DNA of 62,193 bases, counting the filler, from Nitrospinota bacterium (lineage in GTDB: Bacteria > JAUXIQ01), in NCBI GenBank assembly GCA_030620925.1. It is 11 parts of 11 records of this genome, joined end to end, with 100 filler letters (N's around TTAATTAATTAA, not from the genome) between each part and the next. Parts side by side here need not be neighbours in the genome. Positions count along the whole stretch, not along the records: positions 48,645 to 55,487 come from JAUXIQ010000109.1; positions 55,588 to 58,808 come from JAUXIQ010000347.1; positions 58,909 to 62,193 come from JAUXIQ010000336.1; 8 more parts are not named here. One strand, 5' to 3'. The position numbers and the translations under genes are program-made. A model generated the notes under the pieces. That model was not told where the DNA came from. It was given only the letters and a program-made list of their open reading frames with translations, and did not search any database. Shown piece by piece: positions 49,724 through 60,414 of this stretch; positions within the stretch are counted from its first letter, which is position 1, and the number at the start of each line of letters is the position of its first letter.

Positions 49724-51163
49724 CTACTTCTTATTAAAAGCGGCCATGTCGATGGCCATGAGCTTCAGCTCGGTCATCTCCTCCATGGCGTAGCGGGGCC
49801 CTTCCCTGCCCATGCCCGATTCCTTTACGCCGCCGTAAGGCATGTTATCCACCCGGTAGGTGGGGACGTCGTTAACCATCAGGCCGCCCACCTCCAGCTC
49901 CTCGAAAGCGCGCATCACCTTGCCCATATCCCTGGTGAAGACGCCCGCCTGGAGACCGTATACGGAATCGTTCAGCTCCTCCAGTACCTGGTAGAAATCA
50001 TCGAAAGGCTGCACGCCGCACACCGGCCCGAAGGCCTCCACGCAGCTTAATTTCATAGACTTGCTGATGTCGGCCAGGACGGCGGGCTGCATCAAGCTCC
50101 CCTCCCTGCCGCCGCCGGCTAGCAGCTCTGCGCCCTCCTTCACGGCCTCGTCTATCCATGCCTCGATGCGCTCCGCGTCGCCGGAGGTGATGAGCGGGCC
50201 GACGTCGGTCTCCTCGTCCAGAGGGTCTCCCACCTTGAGGGCGTTCACCCGTTTCACGAACTCCGCCACGAACTCATCGTATATATCCCTGTGGATGAAG
50301 ATGCGCTGCACCGAGATGCAGCTCTGCCCGGCGTACGAATAAGCGCCGGTGACCGTGCGCCCCAGGGCATACTCAAAGGGCGCATCGGCGTCTATGATAA
50401 CGCCCGCGTTCCCGCCCAGCTCCAGGGTAACCTTTTTTTTGCCCGCCCGCTGCCTGAGCGCCCAGCCTACGTCTCCGCTGCCGGTGAAGGTGAGCATCTT
50501 GATCCTGTCGTCGCCCACCATCTTCTCCGCCACCGGCACCGGGCAGGGCAGCACACTCAGCGCCCCGGCAGGCAACCCCGCATCGACCAGCAGCCGCCCC
50601 AGGCGCAGTGCGGTGATGGGCGTCTGCGAAGCGGGCCGACAGATGAATGTGTTTCCGGTGGCTGCGACAGGGGCCATTTTGTGAGCCACCAGGTTGAGAG
50701 GGAAATTGAAAGGAGATATGCCCAGAATAACTCCGAGGGGGAACCTGCGGGTGATCCCCACCCTCCCCTCTCCGGCGTGAGAGGCGTCCAGCGGTATCAC
50801 CTCGCCGAACATCCCCCTGGCCTCCTGGGCGGCGAAAGTAAAAGTGTCCACCGTCCTGTCCGCCTCGGCGCGGGCCGTCTTTATGGGTTTTCCCGCCTCC
50901 AGGGCGATGGAGCGGGCCAGCTCCTCCTTATGCTCTGTTATCGCCGCCGCGGCATCCAGCACTATCTCCGCTTTCCGAGCCACGCTCATGCTCCTGGTCG
51001 TCTCGAAGGCCGAAAGGGCCGAACGGACGGCTTCCTCCGCTTCTTCCTCGCCCGCCTGATGGACGATACCCACCACGCTGTCATCGTAAGGGCTCTTGAT
51101 CTCCCTGGTGCGGCCGGTGCGGACGTCCTCTCCGGCCAGAATCAAGCCGTGTTCCTCAGCCAT
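49724..51163 (-). CDS. NAD(P)-dependent aldehyde dehydrogenase (lactaldehyde dehydrogenase / GapN-like subgroup)
   Basis: PFNFPLNL..HK, FTGS, LELGGN, GQSCIS, EAFGP and MPYGGVKESG.GREG. Start at ATG 51163 after GGAGGA. Confidence 0.93.
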   Translation of the reverse strand: MAEEHGLILAGEDVRTGRTREIKSPYDDSVVGIVHQAGEEEAEEAVRSALSAFETTRSMSVARKAEIVLDAAAAITEHKEELARSIALEAGKPIKTARAEADRTVDTFTFAAQEARGMFGEVIPLDASHAGEGRVGITRRFPLGVILGISPFNFPLNLVAHKMAPVAATGNTFICRPASQTPITALRLGRLLVDAGLPAGALSVLPCPVPVAEKMVGDDRIKMLTFTGSGDVGWALRQRAGKKKVTLELGGNAGVIIDADAPFEYALGRTVTGAYSYAGQSCISVQRIFIHRDIYDEFVAEFVKRVNALKVGDPLDEETDVGPLITSGDAERIEAWIDEAVKEGAELLAGGGREGSLMQPAVLADISKSMKLSCVEAFGPVCGVQPFDDFYQVLEELNDSVYGLQAGVFTRDMGKVMRAFEELEVGGLMVNDVPTYRVDNMPYGGVKESGMGREGPRYAMEEMTELKLMAIDMAAFNKK

Positions 51164-51195
51164 AATTACATCCTCCGCAGGGCGGGGTATCGGCG

Positions 51196-52833
51196 TCAAA
51201 TGGGGCAGACCAGGTTTCCCAGCTTCTCGGTAAGCTTCACGTTCTCCGAGTAGTCCACGGGGCAGTCTATCACCGCCGGAACATCCCGCCGGAACGCCTC
51301 TTCCAGGATGTGGGGCAGCTCATCGGGGCCCTCCACCCTGTAGCCCGCCGCGCCGAAACTCTCCGCCAGCTTTATAAGGTCGGGGTTTCCGAATTCAACC
51401 CCCGACTTTCTTCCGAACTTGTTGAGCTGTTTCCAGCTTATCAGGCCATACTCCCTGTCGTTGAACACCAGGTTCACGAAAGGCGTGCCCAATCTCAGGG
51501 CCGTCTCCAGCTCCTGGCAGTTCATGAGAAAGCCCCCGTCACCGCTCACCGCCAGAACTCTCCGCTCCGGATAGACCATCTTGGCGGCAACGGCCCCCGG
51601 CAGCGCTATCCCCATTGCCGCCAGCCCGTTGGAAATAAGGCAGGTATTGGGCCTGTGACAGGGGTACATGCGTGCTATCCATATCTTATGCGCACCCACG
51701 TCTGATATAAGTATATCCTCTTTTCCCAGCGCCGAACGCATATCGGAAATAATCCGCTGAGGTTTGACGGGGAAGCTGATGTCCTCCCGGTACCTTTCCA
51801 CCTCGTCGCAAATAGCTTCCCGCAGTGCCGTGGCATAGCCGTGCGACTCACCATTCCGCTTCCCCAACCGGCAAATCTCCTTCAATGACAGTGCTATGTC
51901 CCCCAGCACCTCCACCAGGGGCAGGTAGGAAGCGTCCACCTCGCTGCGGGTGGCGTCTATATGAACGATGCGTTTGTTTCGTCCGGGGTTCCAGAATTCC
52001 GGGTGATACTCCACAAAATCGTAGCCGACGGCCACCACCAGGTCCGCCGCCTCAAATCCGCACGAGATATAGTCCCTGGACTGTAGTCCCACGGTCAACA
52101 GGCAGAGGGGGTGATCGACGGGAACGGCGCCCGTGCCCATGAATGTATGGGCCACGGGAATATCCAGCTTTTCGGCAAATTCCAGAAGCTCATCCCATGC
52201 CCGGCCGCGTATGACGCCGTTTCCGGCCAGTATGATGGGGTTACGGGCCCGGGAGATGTACTCCGCCGCCTTGCGTATAGCCTCCTCAGGAGCTTCGGTG
52301 GAGGCGCAGGGAGTCAAGGAGAGCGGGGCGGCTTCGACCGTCTCCTGCGCCACGTCTTCGGGCAGCTCCACGTGAGTGGCCCCCGGTTTCTCTTCCTCGG
52401 CGAGCTTGAAGGCTTTGGATATTATCTCCGGGATGTTCTCCGGCCTGTGCACCGTGGTGTTCCACTTGGTCATGGGGCGGAGCATGGACAGTACGTCAAG
52501 GTACTGATGGGACTCCTTATGCACCCTGTCCAGACCGGCCTGACCGGTCACCGCCACCAGTGGGTTGTGGTCAAGGTTGGCATCCGCCACCCCCGTGGTC
52601 AGGTTGGTGGCTCCCGGCCCCAGGGTGGCCAGGCATACTCCCGCCCTGCCCGTGAGGCGGCCGTAGATGCCGGCCATAAAGGCGGCGGCCTGCTCATGAC
52701 GGGTCAGAATAAAGTCGATCCCCGAGTCGGTCAGGGCATCCATCAGGTCCAGGTTTTCCTCGCCCGGCAGCCCGAAAATATGCTTCACTCCCTGAGCTTT
52801 CAGACATTCAACGAAAAGCTCGGACGCTTTCAT
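51196..52833 (-). CDS. ThDP-dependent acetolactate synthase large subunit-like enzyme (possible 2-oxoacid decarboxylase)
   Basis: FGLPGEENLD, RHEQ.AAFMA, GPGATN, HKESHQY and GDGGFLMN.QE...N. Confidence 0.9.
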   Translation of the reverse strand: MKASELFVECLKAQGVKHIFGLPGEENLDLMDALTDSGIDFILTRHEQAAAFMAGIYGRLTGRAGVCLATLGPGATNLTTGVADANLDHNPLVAVTGQAGLDRVHKESHQYLDVLSMLRPMTKWNTTVHRPENIPEIISKAFKLAEEEKPGATHVELPEDVAQETVEAAPLSLTPCASTEAPEEAIRKAAEYISRARNPIILAGNGVIRGRAWDELLEFAEKLDIPVAHTFMGTGAVPVDHPLCLLTVGLQSRDYISCGFEAADLVVAVGYDFVEYHPEFWNPGRNKRIVHIDATRSEVDASYLPLVEVLGDIALSLKEICRLGKRNGESHGYATALREAICDEVERYREDISFPVKPQRIISDMRSALGKEDILISDVGAHKIWIARMYPCHRPNTCLISNGLAAMGIALPGAVAAKMVYPERRVLAVSGDGGFLMNCQELETALRLGTPFVNLVFNDREYGLISWKQLNKFGRKSGVEFGNPDLIKLAESFGAAGYRVEGPDELPHILEEAFRRDVPAVIDCPVDYSENVKLTEKLGNLVCPI

Positions 52834-52867
52834 AACCTCACACCTCGTCTGTACATAAAATTAAACA

Positions 52868-54910
52868 TCAATTCTGTTCCGGTGCTCTGTCGTACCTGCT
52901 GAACTGCATCGAATAGGTAGCCCTTCCCTGGGTGAGGGATCGCAGATCGGTGGAGTAACCGAACATACTGGAGAGGGGAACCAGCGCGGTGACCACTTTG
53001 TAGGACATCTTTTCCTGCATGTCGGCCATTTTCCCATGACGCGAGTTCAAATCTCCGATAACGTTGCCCACAAACTCCTCGGGAACCACCGCTTCCACCT
53101 CCATGATGGGCTCCAGCAGACCCGGCTCCGCCTTCTCCAACGCTTCCTGCAGGGCCATGGCGGCAGCTATGCCATAGGCCAGAGGCGTTGAGACGTTATC
53201 CTTGTATGCACCACCCACCAGTGTGATCTTGACATCGACAACCGGGTAGCCCAGTATCACACCACTTTCGGCAGAACGCTTCGCGCTCTCTTCTACCTGC
53301 GGAACGAACTCCTCGGGCACCTCCTCATTACTTGCCTCGGCGGCGAACTCAATGCCCGCCCCGTTAGGCAGGGGCTCCACCTGCAGTATCACGTGGCCGT
53401 GCTGCATCGTGCCGCCCAGCTCCCGCTCCACCACTACCTCGCCCCTGGCAACCGCATCTACCGTCTCCCGGTAGACCACCTGGGGTTTCCCTACCCTGGC
53501 GTTTACCCCGAAATCGTCCATCAGCCTGGTGGTGAAGACCTCCAGGTGCAGCTCGCCCATCCCGGAGAGGATAGTCTGGCCCGTTTCATCGTCATAGGTC
53601 ATCCTGAAGGTGGGATCCTCCTCTACGAGCTTTTCCAGCGACCGGGTCATCTTCTCATGGTCGCCCTGGGTCCTGGGCTCGATAGCCACCGAGATGACAG
53701 GTTCGGGAAACTCCACGGACTCAAGCACTATGGGCTCCTCTTCGGAACAGAGGGTATCCCCCGTCCTGGCCTCTTTGAAACCGGTGACGGCCACTATCTC
53801 TCCCGGTCCCGCGCTCTCCATGCGTTCCCGCTTCTCGGCCCGCATCCTGAACAGCCGGGCGATGCGCTCTTGACCTTCCGATGCGGGGTTGTACAGCCTG
53901 TCTCCGGGGGCGATGCTCCCCGAATAGACGCGGAGATAGGTCAGTCGGCGGCCCCCGTCGGTCATGATCTTGAAGGTAAGCATGCTTGCCGGATCGTCCT
54001 GAGACGGATGGCGCGCTTCCACTTCGTCGGTCAACGGATTCACACCCTCCACGGGCGGGACGTCGGATGGCGAAGGCAGATATTCCACCACCGCATCCAG
54101 CAGTTTCTGTACACCCTTGTTCTTTAGCCCTGAACCGAGAAGGACAGGCTGACCGCCGTTAGTAAGAGTAGCCGTACGCAGGGCCCGCTTGATGTCCGCC
54201 TCCTTTATCGAATCGCCTTTCAGGAATTTCTCCATCAGCTCTTCATCGAAGTCCGCAGCGGCTTCCAGCAGCTCCTCCCGCCACCGCCCGGCCTCTTCCT
54301 CATACTCCCCGGGTATCTCGCTCTCGTTGTAGGTGGCGCCCAGGTCTTCTTCGTCCCAGAGGATGGCCTTCATCCTTATCAGGTCTATGACGCCGCGAAA
54401 GTCCTCCTCGATACCCAGAGGAAGCTGCGTCAGCAGCGGGTTGGCGGCCAGTTTATCCCGCATCTCTTCTATCGCAGACAGGTAGTCGACCCCCACCCTG
54501 TCCATCTTGTTTATGAATACGATGCGCGGCACCTGATAACGCTCTGCCTGCCGCCACACCGTCTCCGATTGAGGCTCCACACCTTCCACGGCGCTGAAAA
54601 TGGTCACCGCCCCGTCCAGTATCCTGAGCGATCTCTCCACTTCAGCGGTGAAATCCACGTGCCCGGGGGTATCTATAATATTTATGTTGTGACCCCTCCA
54701 CTGGCAGGTAACCGCCGCGGCGGTGATGCTTATCCCCCGCTTCTGCTCCTGCTGCATCCAATCCGTCGTCGCCTCCCCGAAATGCACCTCGCCCATGCGG
54801 TGGATCAGGCCGGTATAATATAGGATGCGCTCGGTGACGGTGGTCTTCCCGGCGTCAATATGAGATATGATGCCGATGTTCCTGATTTTGGAGAGCGAGT
54901 CATCCTTCAA
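52868..54910 (-). CDS. fusA: Elongation factor G paralog (outside the str operon)
   Basis: [37 protein letters not shown] and LLEPIM. Likely TTG start at 54910 after AGGAGG. Confidence 0.93.
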   Translation of the reverse strand: MKDDSLSKIRNIGIISHIDAGKTTVTERILYYTGLIHRMGEVHFGEATTDWMQQEQKRGISITAAAVTCQWRGHNINIIDTPGHVDFTAEVERSLRILDGAVTIFSAVEGVEPQSETVWRQAERYQVPRIVFINKMDRVGVDYLSAIEEMRDKLAANPLLTQLPLGIEEDFRGVIDLIRMKAILWDEEDLGATYNESEIPGEYEEEAGRWREELLEAAADFDEELMEKFLKGDSIKEADIKRALRTATLTNGGQPVLLGSGLKNKGVQKLLDAVVEYLPSPSDVPPVEGVNPLTDEVEARHPSQDDPASMLTFKIMTDGGRRLTYLRVYSGSIAPGDRLYNPASEGQERIARLFRMRAEKRERMESAGPGEIVAVTGFKEARTGDTLCSEEEPIVLESVEFPEPVISVAIEPRTQGDHEKMTRSLEKLVEEDPTFRMTYDDETGQTILSGMGELHLEVFTTRLMDDFGVNARVGKPQVVYRETVDAVARGEVVVERELGGTMQHGHVILQVEPLPNGAGIEFAAEASNEEVPEEFVPQVEESAKRSAESGVILGYPVVDVKITLVGGAYKDNVSTPLAYGIAAAMALQEALEKAEPGLLEPIMEVEAVVPEEFVGNVIGDLNSRHGKMADMQEKMSYKVVTALVPLSSMFGYSTDLRSLTQGRATYSMQFSRYDRAPEQN

Positions 54911-55216
54911 AACTTTGATAACCTCCTGCCGACAGTTTTTACTATGGTTAAAAAATAATACCACTCATAATTATAATCATTTCTATTTTTCGACGGACAA
55001 CTATTATACTTTGAATACAACCCTTTATATTAAAACAACCTCGAAGTTTTGCAAACCGTAAACTGCCGGAGCCGCTCCTTTTGCCCTTCGGCATCTGCAT
55101 GCATTTAATTACAATTGCTGAAATTAATGATAATATTCGTTTGCGGCGAAGATGCGGCCATGTGCCTTCGCCCCCATTTAATAAGGAACAAATAACCGCA
55201 AAAGGGGAGGAGCGTG

Positions 55217-55487
55217 ATGAAAGAGACGGAGATGCTCGCCGAGCTTAAAGAAGAAATCCGGGGACGCACCAGGGTCATGCTGGACAAGATTCCTCCCGAC
55301 AGGCTCGACTGGTCCCCCGTGGAAGGTGCACTCACGCTGGGGCAGCTCCTGCGCCACATCTGGAAATCTGAGCAGGGTATATGCAAGCTGGCCAGGGGGA
55401 ACTGGGAATACCTCGAAAAGAGGCTCCCCGAAGGGCTTTTCGCCGTGCTGGGAGACGTAGAGGACCTGGAGTCGGAGCTGACAAACA
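55217..55487 (+). CDS. DinB/DUF664 superfamily four-helix-bundle protein, 3' partial
   Basis: R.RT...LD.IP...LDWSP..G..TLGQLLRHI..SE. GGAGGAG RBS. Confidence 0.8.
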
Positions 55488-55587
55488 NNNNNNNNNNNNN
55501 NNNNNNNNNNNNNNNNNNNNNNNNNNNNNNNTTAATTAATTAANNNNNNNNNNNNNNNNNNNNNNNNNNNNNNNNNNNNNNNNNNNN
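55488..55587. other. Artificial contig linker
   Basis: N44-TTAATTAATTAA-N44. Confidence 0.99.
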
Positions 55588-56499
55588 ATCACCGGAAAGG
55601 AGAACCCTCAGCTCAACAGAAAAATCATTTACACCATGGCCGCCGACCACGGTGTAACCGAAGAGGGTGTCAGCGCCTATCCAAAGGATGTGACGCCGCA
55701 GATGGTATATAATTTCCTTAACGGAGGGGCCGCTATCAATGTACTGGCGCGCCACGCGGGCGCTGAAGTCATGGTGGTGGACATGGGCGTCGATCACGAT
55801 TTCGAACCCCTCCCGGGACTCATCATTAAAAAAATAGGCCGCGGGACGAAAAACATGGCCCGAGGTCCGGCGATGGAACGCCGGGAAGCCATCCAGGCGA
55901 TAAAAATTGGCGCAGAACTTGTCGAAGAGCAGGTAGAGAAAGGGCTGGACATCATCGGGACAGGCGACATGGGTATCGGGAACACCACCCCCAGCAGCGC
56001 CATCCTCTCGGTGTTCACCGGCGCCGATCCCCAGGAAGTAGCCGGCAGAGGAACAGGCATAAACGATGAAGGCCTGGCGCGCAAGATCGAAATCATAAGA
56101 AAGGCCGTAGATTTAAACGCCCCCGATCCGCAAGACCCCATAGACGTGCTGGCAAAGGTGGGAGGCTACGAGATAGGGGGGATCGCCGGTCTGGTGATAG
56201 GAGCGGCGGCCAACGGGATACCGGTAGTGGTGGATGGTTTCATTTCCGGCGCAGGCGCTCTTGTGGCCGGAAGGTTAGAGCCTAAAGTGAAACAATATCT
56301 CATCGCCTCCCACAACTCGGTAGAAGTGGGGCACAGGCTACTCCTGGAACAACTGGAACTCCGCCCTCTGCTCGACCTCGACCTCAGACTGGGGGAAGGC
56401 ACGGGGGCTGCGCTGGCAATACAGCTTATGGATGCATCCCTTAAGATATTGACCCAGATGGCTACTTTCGGGGAAGCAGGAGTATCAGAGACGGAATAA
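55588..56499 (+). CDS. cobT: Nicotinate-nucleotide--dimethylbenzimidazole phosphoribosyltransferase, 5' partial
   Basis: [33 protein letters not shown] and LRLGEGTGA. Confidence 0.97.
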   Translation: MTGKENPQLNRKIIYTMAADHGVTEEGVSAYPKDVTPQMVYNFLNGGAAINVLARHAGAEVMVVDMGVDHDFEPLPGLIIKKIGRGTKNMARGPAMERREAIQAIKIGAELVEEQVEKGLDIIGTGDMGIGNTTPSSAILSVFTGADPQEVAGRGTGINDEGLARKIEIIRKAVDLNAPDPQDPIDVLAKVGGYEIGGIAGLVIGAAANGIPVVVDGFISGAGALVAGRLEPKVKQYLIASHNSVEVGHRLLLEQLELRPLLDLDLRLGEGTGAALAIQLMDASLKILTQMATFGEAGVSETE

Positions 56500-56521
56500 T
56501 GCTCGAATAGACAGGATATCG

Positions 56522-57322
56522 GTGCAGAAAGATATGAACAACAACGAAGTGGAAACGGCTTCAGATAAGCGCAAACCCTTCTATTTTCACCTCCTGATGG
56601 CCCTCCAGTTTTTGACCATATTTCCGTTGAAGCTGCCGGGGGAAGCGGAGGAGAGCGATTTCGGAAAATCGACTTCGTTCTTCCCTTTAGTGGGCCTTGC
56701 GCAGGGGCTTGTCCTGTTGATAGCATATAAGGTATTATCCCTGGTGCTACCCGGGGTCGTAGTGGATGCGTTCATACTCCTCTTCCTGATCCTGCTAAAC
56801 GGAGGGCTGCATATCGACGGGTTCTGCGACACAATAGACGGATTCGGGGGCAGCCGGGAACGGAGCGAAACTCTCCGCATAATGAAGGATAGCAACGTCG
56901 GGGCTTTCGCCGTTACCGGAGTGGCGCTCCTGTTTCTTTTGAAATACGCCGGCCTTACTTCCATCCCGGTCGACCACAAGAGCGGGATCATCGTTTCCCT
57001 GCCTGTGTTTTCCCTGTGGTCGATGGTGCTTCTGATGAGGCTGCACGATTACGCCAGGGAAGAGGGAGGGACAGGACAATCATTCACTCAGCACACAGGA
57101 AGCAGAGAGCTGATAACGGCCACAATTATCACTTTGATCGTAACCCTCCCGGCCATGGGTATTTACGCACTGCTGGTCTTCCTGCTCGTCTTTCTGGCCA
57201 CCCTGCTCATGGGCGAATATTCAAAATACAGGCTGGGGGGGGTAACGGGAGACGTGCTGGGTGCGGCCAAGGAAGTAAACGATGCATTGGTGCTGGTGTT
57301 CGCCCTGATTTTTGTATCCTGA
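56522..57322 (+). CDS. cobS: Adenosylcobinamide-GDP ribazoletransferase (cobalamin synthase)
   Basis: ALQFLT, FPLVG, GGLHIDG..DT.DG, IMKDS.VGAF and GGVTGDVLGA. Confidence 0.96.
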   Translation: MQKDMNNNEVETASDKRKPFYFHLLMALQFLTIFPLKLPGEAEESDFGKSTSFFPLVGLAQGLVLLIAYKVLSLVLPGVVVDAFILLFLILLNGGLHIDGFCDTIDGFGGSRERSETLRIMKDSNVGAFAVTGVALLFLLKYAGLTSIPVDHKSGIIVSLPVFSLWSMVLLMRLHDYAREEGGTGQSFTQHTGSRELITATIITLIVTLPAMGIYALLVFLLVFLATLLMGEYSKYRLGGVTGDVLGAAKEVNDALVLVFALIFVS

Positions 57323-57345
57323 TGGATTTGTTGAATCAGCCGATC

Positions 57346-57546
57346 ATGGTTAAGAAAAAATATAAATGTCCCATATGCGATAAACTTTTACCGGATATGG
57401 ATAACCCGCACTCCCCTTTCTGCTCGGAAAGATGCAAGCTGGTGGACCTGGAGGCATGGTTGAAGGGGAGGTATATAGTGCCCGGGGAACAGGCGGATAC
57501 GGAAGGCGAGCATGAGGAAAATGGCTGGAACGGAGAAAACGAATAA
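57346..57546 (+). CDS. yacG: DNA gyrase inhibitor YacG
   Basis: CPIC...PFCSERCKLVDL..W..G.Y.VPG plus an acidic tail. This is the C-terminal part of ORF 57016-57546. Confidence 0.88.
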   Translation: MVKKKYKCPICDKLLPDMDNPHSPFCSERCKLVDLEAWLKGRYIVPGEQADTEGEHEENGWNGENE

Positions 57547-57588
57547 TCCTTGCCGGCAATTTTTTGGGTTTCCCCATTAAAGAAGATC

Positions 57589-58137
57589 ATGAACGAACCG
57601 AATAATAGTAAAGGCCTGGTGATAATCTTCACCGGAAACGGCAAAGGGAAAACCACCTCTGCACTGGGAATGGCCCTCCGCGCTGCAGGCCACGGTATGA
57701 AGACATGTGTCGTCCAGTTCATCAAGAGCGCCTCCATGGGCTACGGTGAATTGGAAGGTGCCAAAATGTTAAAGGGGCTACTGGAAATATGTCCGCTGGG
57801 AAGAGGATTCATGAAACTGGACAAGGAGAAGGAGCCTGCTCCCCAGGATATACAGCTCGCCCGGGATACCTTTAACAGCGCCCGTGAAAAGATACTATCC
57901 GGCGAATACGACATTGTGGTGCTGGATGAGTTCACCTACATGGTGCAGTACGGACTGCTTGCGGTGGAGGAGATTCTGTCGCTCATGGATGAGAAACCTG
58001 AGGGTCTCCACCTGGTCATAACCGGCAGAAACGCCCACCCGCGACTGATTGAGATGGCGGACCTGGTCAGCGAGATAGCGGAGGTGAAACACCCCCTTCG
58101 CTCCGGTGTCAAAGCACAGAAGGGGGTGGAATTTTAA
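57589..58137 (+). CDS. cobO: Cob(I)yrinic acid a,c-diamide adenosyltransferase (CobO/BtuR)
   Basis: TGNGKGKTT.ALG.ALRA.G.G, QFIK, LDE, ITGR and KHP...G..AQKGVEF. Confidence 0.96.
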   Translation: MNEPNNSKGLVIIFTGNGKGKTTSALGMALRAAGHGMKTCVVQFIKSASMGYGELEGAKMLKGLLEICPLGRGFMKLDKEKEPAPQDIQLARDTFNSAREKILSGEYDIVVLDEFTYMVQYGLLAVEEILSLMDEKPEGLHLVITGRNAHPRLIEMADLVSEIAEVKHPLRSGVKAQKGVEF

Positions 58138-58211
58138 GAGTTGAAGCTACCCGGCGTCAACTATATACTAGACTATAATATCAAAACGCAAAATGTGAAA
58201 GGAGACCCTGT

Positions 58212-58538
58212 ATGGCCGAAAGTATTGTAGAAGTAACCGACGGCAACTTCGATGAAGAAGTGGTGGAAGCGAACAACCTCACGGTGGTGGATTTCTGGGC
58301 GCCGTGGTGCGCCCCGTGCAAGATGATCGCCCCCATCATCGAAGAGCTGTCCACCGAATATTCCGGTAAGATTAAGTTCGGTAAACTGAACGTTGACGAT
58401 AACCAACGTACGGCGATGAAATATAACATCCGAGGAATCCCCACCTTGCTGGTTTTTAAAGACGGCGACCTGGTGGATCAGATAGTCGGCGTCAAGAGCA
58501 AAGAAGAGCTCAAGAAGACATTCGAAAAAAGCCTCTAA
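58212..58538 (+). CDS. trxA: Thioredoxin
   Basis: VDFWAPWCAPCK, KLNVD and IPTL. Confidence 0.97.
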   Translation: MAESIVEVTDGNFDEEVVEANNLTVVDFWAPWCAPCKMIAPIIEELSTEYSGKIKFGKLNVDDNQRTAMKYNIRGIPTLLVFKDGDLVDQIVGVKSKEELKKTFEKSL

Positions 58539-58581
58539 AAACCCCCATCGTAAGGATACCACCCGGCATGGGAGAGGGCTT

Positions 58582-58808
58582 GTGAGAGCGCCCCGGCTCA
58601 CAAAGGCTTACTTTTTGCTGGGGCTGGGTGTGTTTACCTTTTCCTGGGCGGCTATACTAATCAAGCTGTGCGACGCCCCGCCTTTGGCCATAGCCACCTA
58701 TAGAATGGTAATAGCCTCTGTAATCCTTGCCCCGGCAATTCTTGGGCCGCGGAGGCAAATTCTCCTCGCACTGGGAAAGAGAGATTTATACCTGTCGCTG
58801 CTTTCCGG
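58582..58808 (+). CDS. EamA/DMT family transporter, 3' partial
   Basis: S.AAILIK....PPL.IA.YR with hydrophobic helices. Confidence 0.8.
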
Positions 58809-58908
58809 NNNNNNNNNNNNNNNNNNNNNNNNNNNNNNNNNNNNNNNNNNNNTTAATTAATTAANNNNNNNNNNNNNNNNNNNNNNNNNNNNNNNNNNNN
58901 NNNNNNNN
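58809..58908. other. Artificial contig linker
   Basis: N44-TTAATTAATTAA-N44. Confidence 0.99.
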
Positions 58909-59260
58909 AGGGGATACCCTTCTTGTTTTCGGTAACGTCCATGAATGCTTCATCCAGGGAGAGCGGTTCCACAAGGTCGGTAAAATCATTAAAAATAGCC
59001 CTGATTTGCCTGGACACCTCGGAATAAAGTTTTATGCGAGGATTTATATATTCCCCGCGGGGGCACAACTTGCGCGCCACGGCCATGGCCATGGCTGAGT
59101 GCACACCGCTCTCGCGGGCCTCGTAAGACGCCGCGCATACCACGCCGCGGGGCGATTTCCAGCCCACGATTACCGCCTTGCCCTTCAGCTCCGGGTTGTC
59201 CCGCTGTTCGACGGAGGCGTAAAAGGCGTCCATATCTATGTGAATGATCTTCCGTTCCAT
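58909..59260 (-). CDS. dinB: DNA polymerase IV, 3' partial
   Basis: [30 protein letters not shown] and PLSLDEA..DVT. Confidence 0.97.
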
Positions 59261-59265
59261 CACGG

Positions 59266-60414
59266 CTATTTGCTGTATGTGATCACGTATATTTTCCCAC
59301 TGCGATCATCTGAGACGTACATCCGGCCATGTGCATCAACCACTATATCCACCGGCCTCCCCCAGGCCCTCCCATTCACCAGCCAGCCGGTAGCGAAATC
59401 CTCTATACCCGTCGGCTTATCCCCTTTCATCTTGAGGCGGATGATCTTATAACCCGTAGGTACGGAGCGGTTCCAGGACCCATGGAAGGCCACGAAAAGG
59501 TCTCCCCGATACTCCTCCGGAAAAATGGTTCCGGTATAGAAGGCCAGCCCTAAGGGAGCGGAATGAGCCTGAAACTCAAACGCCGGGGGTTGAGTGCGGG
59601 AGCAAAGCAGCGGATCACCGAATTCAGGGTCGTTGATCCTGTTCCCATAACATCGGGGCCATCCGTAATGGGTCTCTTCAACGATCAGGTTCAGCTCGTC
59701 GGGGGGCAGATCGTCGCCCAGAAAATCCCTGCCGTTATCGGTGGCCCACATTGCACCGGTTTTGGAGTTCCACACGAAACCCACCGAATTGCGCAGCCCT
59801 CGTGCGAATATGCGGCCCTCCCCTCCATCGGGTTCAAAAACCATGATGGTCGCCCGCCGCCGGTCTTCCTCGAAGCAGACGTTACCGGAAGAACCGATGG
59901 ATACGTACATTTCGCCCCCCGGCCCGAAGCCCAGGGTGCGAGTCCAGTGCCCCCCGCCGGAAGGCAGACCGGGCACCACGACCTCCATCTCTTCACCTCT
60001 CAAGTCCCCGTCTTTATCGATGAAGCGCACCACCCTGCCCTCTTCCGCAACGTAGACGTATCCCTGGCGAAAAGCTATACCGTGAGGGTTTTTCAAACCG
60101 TCGGCGAAGACGACTCTTTCTTCAGCGCGTCCATCCCCGCTCCTGTCAGGCAGGACGATCACCTGTCCTCTGCGGGGCAGAGTCACCATCAGGTTTCCAG
60201 CTCCATCAAAGGCCATGAAGCGAGGGGCTCCCAGGCCGGAGGCGAATACCTTTATCTGAAAATGAGGGGGAAGGAGGATTTTCCTTTCCGCCGCCTCTCC
60301 AGCGGGAAGACTGACGAACAACGACAGAATTATAATAAGCGGGACAGCCTCTCTGTTGAACTTCAAAGCCCGTCGGAAAATGTTCATCGCTGTGCCCTGG
60401 TATCGGGTGATCAA
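59266..60414 (-). CDS. PQQ-dependent sugar / sorbosone dehydrogenase family beta-propeller protein (secreted)
   Basis: Signal peptide, [41 protein letters not shown] and GRPVD. The start may be ATG 60387. Confidence 0.88.
   Translation of the reverse strand: MITRYQGTAMNIFRRALKFNREAVPLIIILSLFVSLPAGEAAERKILLPPHFQIKVFASGLGAPRFMAFDGAGNLMVTLPRRGQVIVLPDRSGDGRAEERVVFADGLKNPHGIAFRQGYVYVAEEGRVVRFIDKDGDLRGEEMEVVVPGLPSGGGHWTRTLGFGPGGEMYVSIGSSGNVCFEEDRRRATIMVFEPDGGEGRIFARGLRNSVGFVWNSKTGAMWATDNGRDFLGDDLPPDELNLIVEETHYGWPRCYGNRINDPEFGDPLLCSRTQPPAFEFQAHSAPLGLAFYTGTIFPEEYRGDLFVAFHGSWNRSVPTGYKIIRLKMKGDKPTGIEDFATGWLVNGRAWGRPVDIVVDAHGRMYVSDDRSGKIYVITYSK

Noticed and set aside
57016..57345. N-terminal part of the 176-aa ORF overlapping cobS
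   Set aside because: It is an out-of-frame overlap with cobS. Only the C-terminal YacG portion looks like a real protein.
55588..58137. Cobalamin riboswitch expected near the cob genes or nrdJ
   Set aside because: The cob operon 5' region is cut off by the contig edge, and no B12-box pattern was recognised upstream of nrdJ.
3334..58908. Ten identical N-flanked TTAATTAATTAA units that look like a regular repeat
   Set aside because: They are artificial contig-joining linkers with stops in all frames. Genes cut by them are partial, not pseudogenes, and adjacency across them is meaningless.
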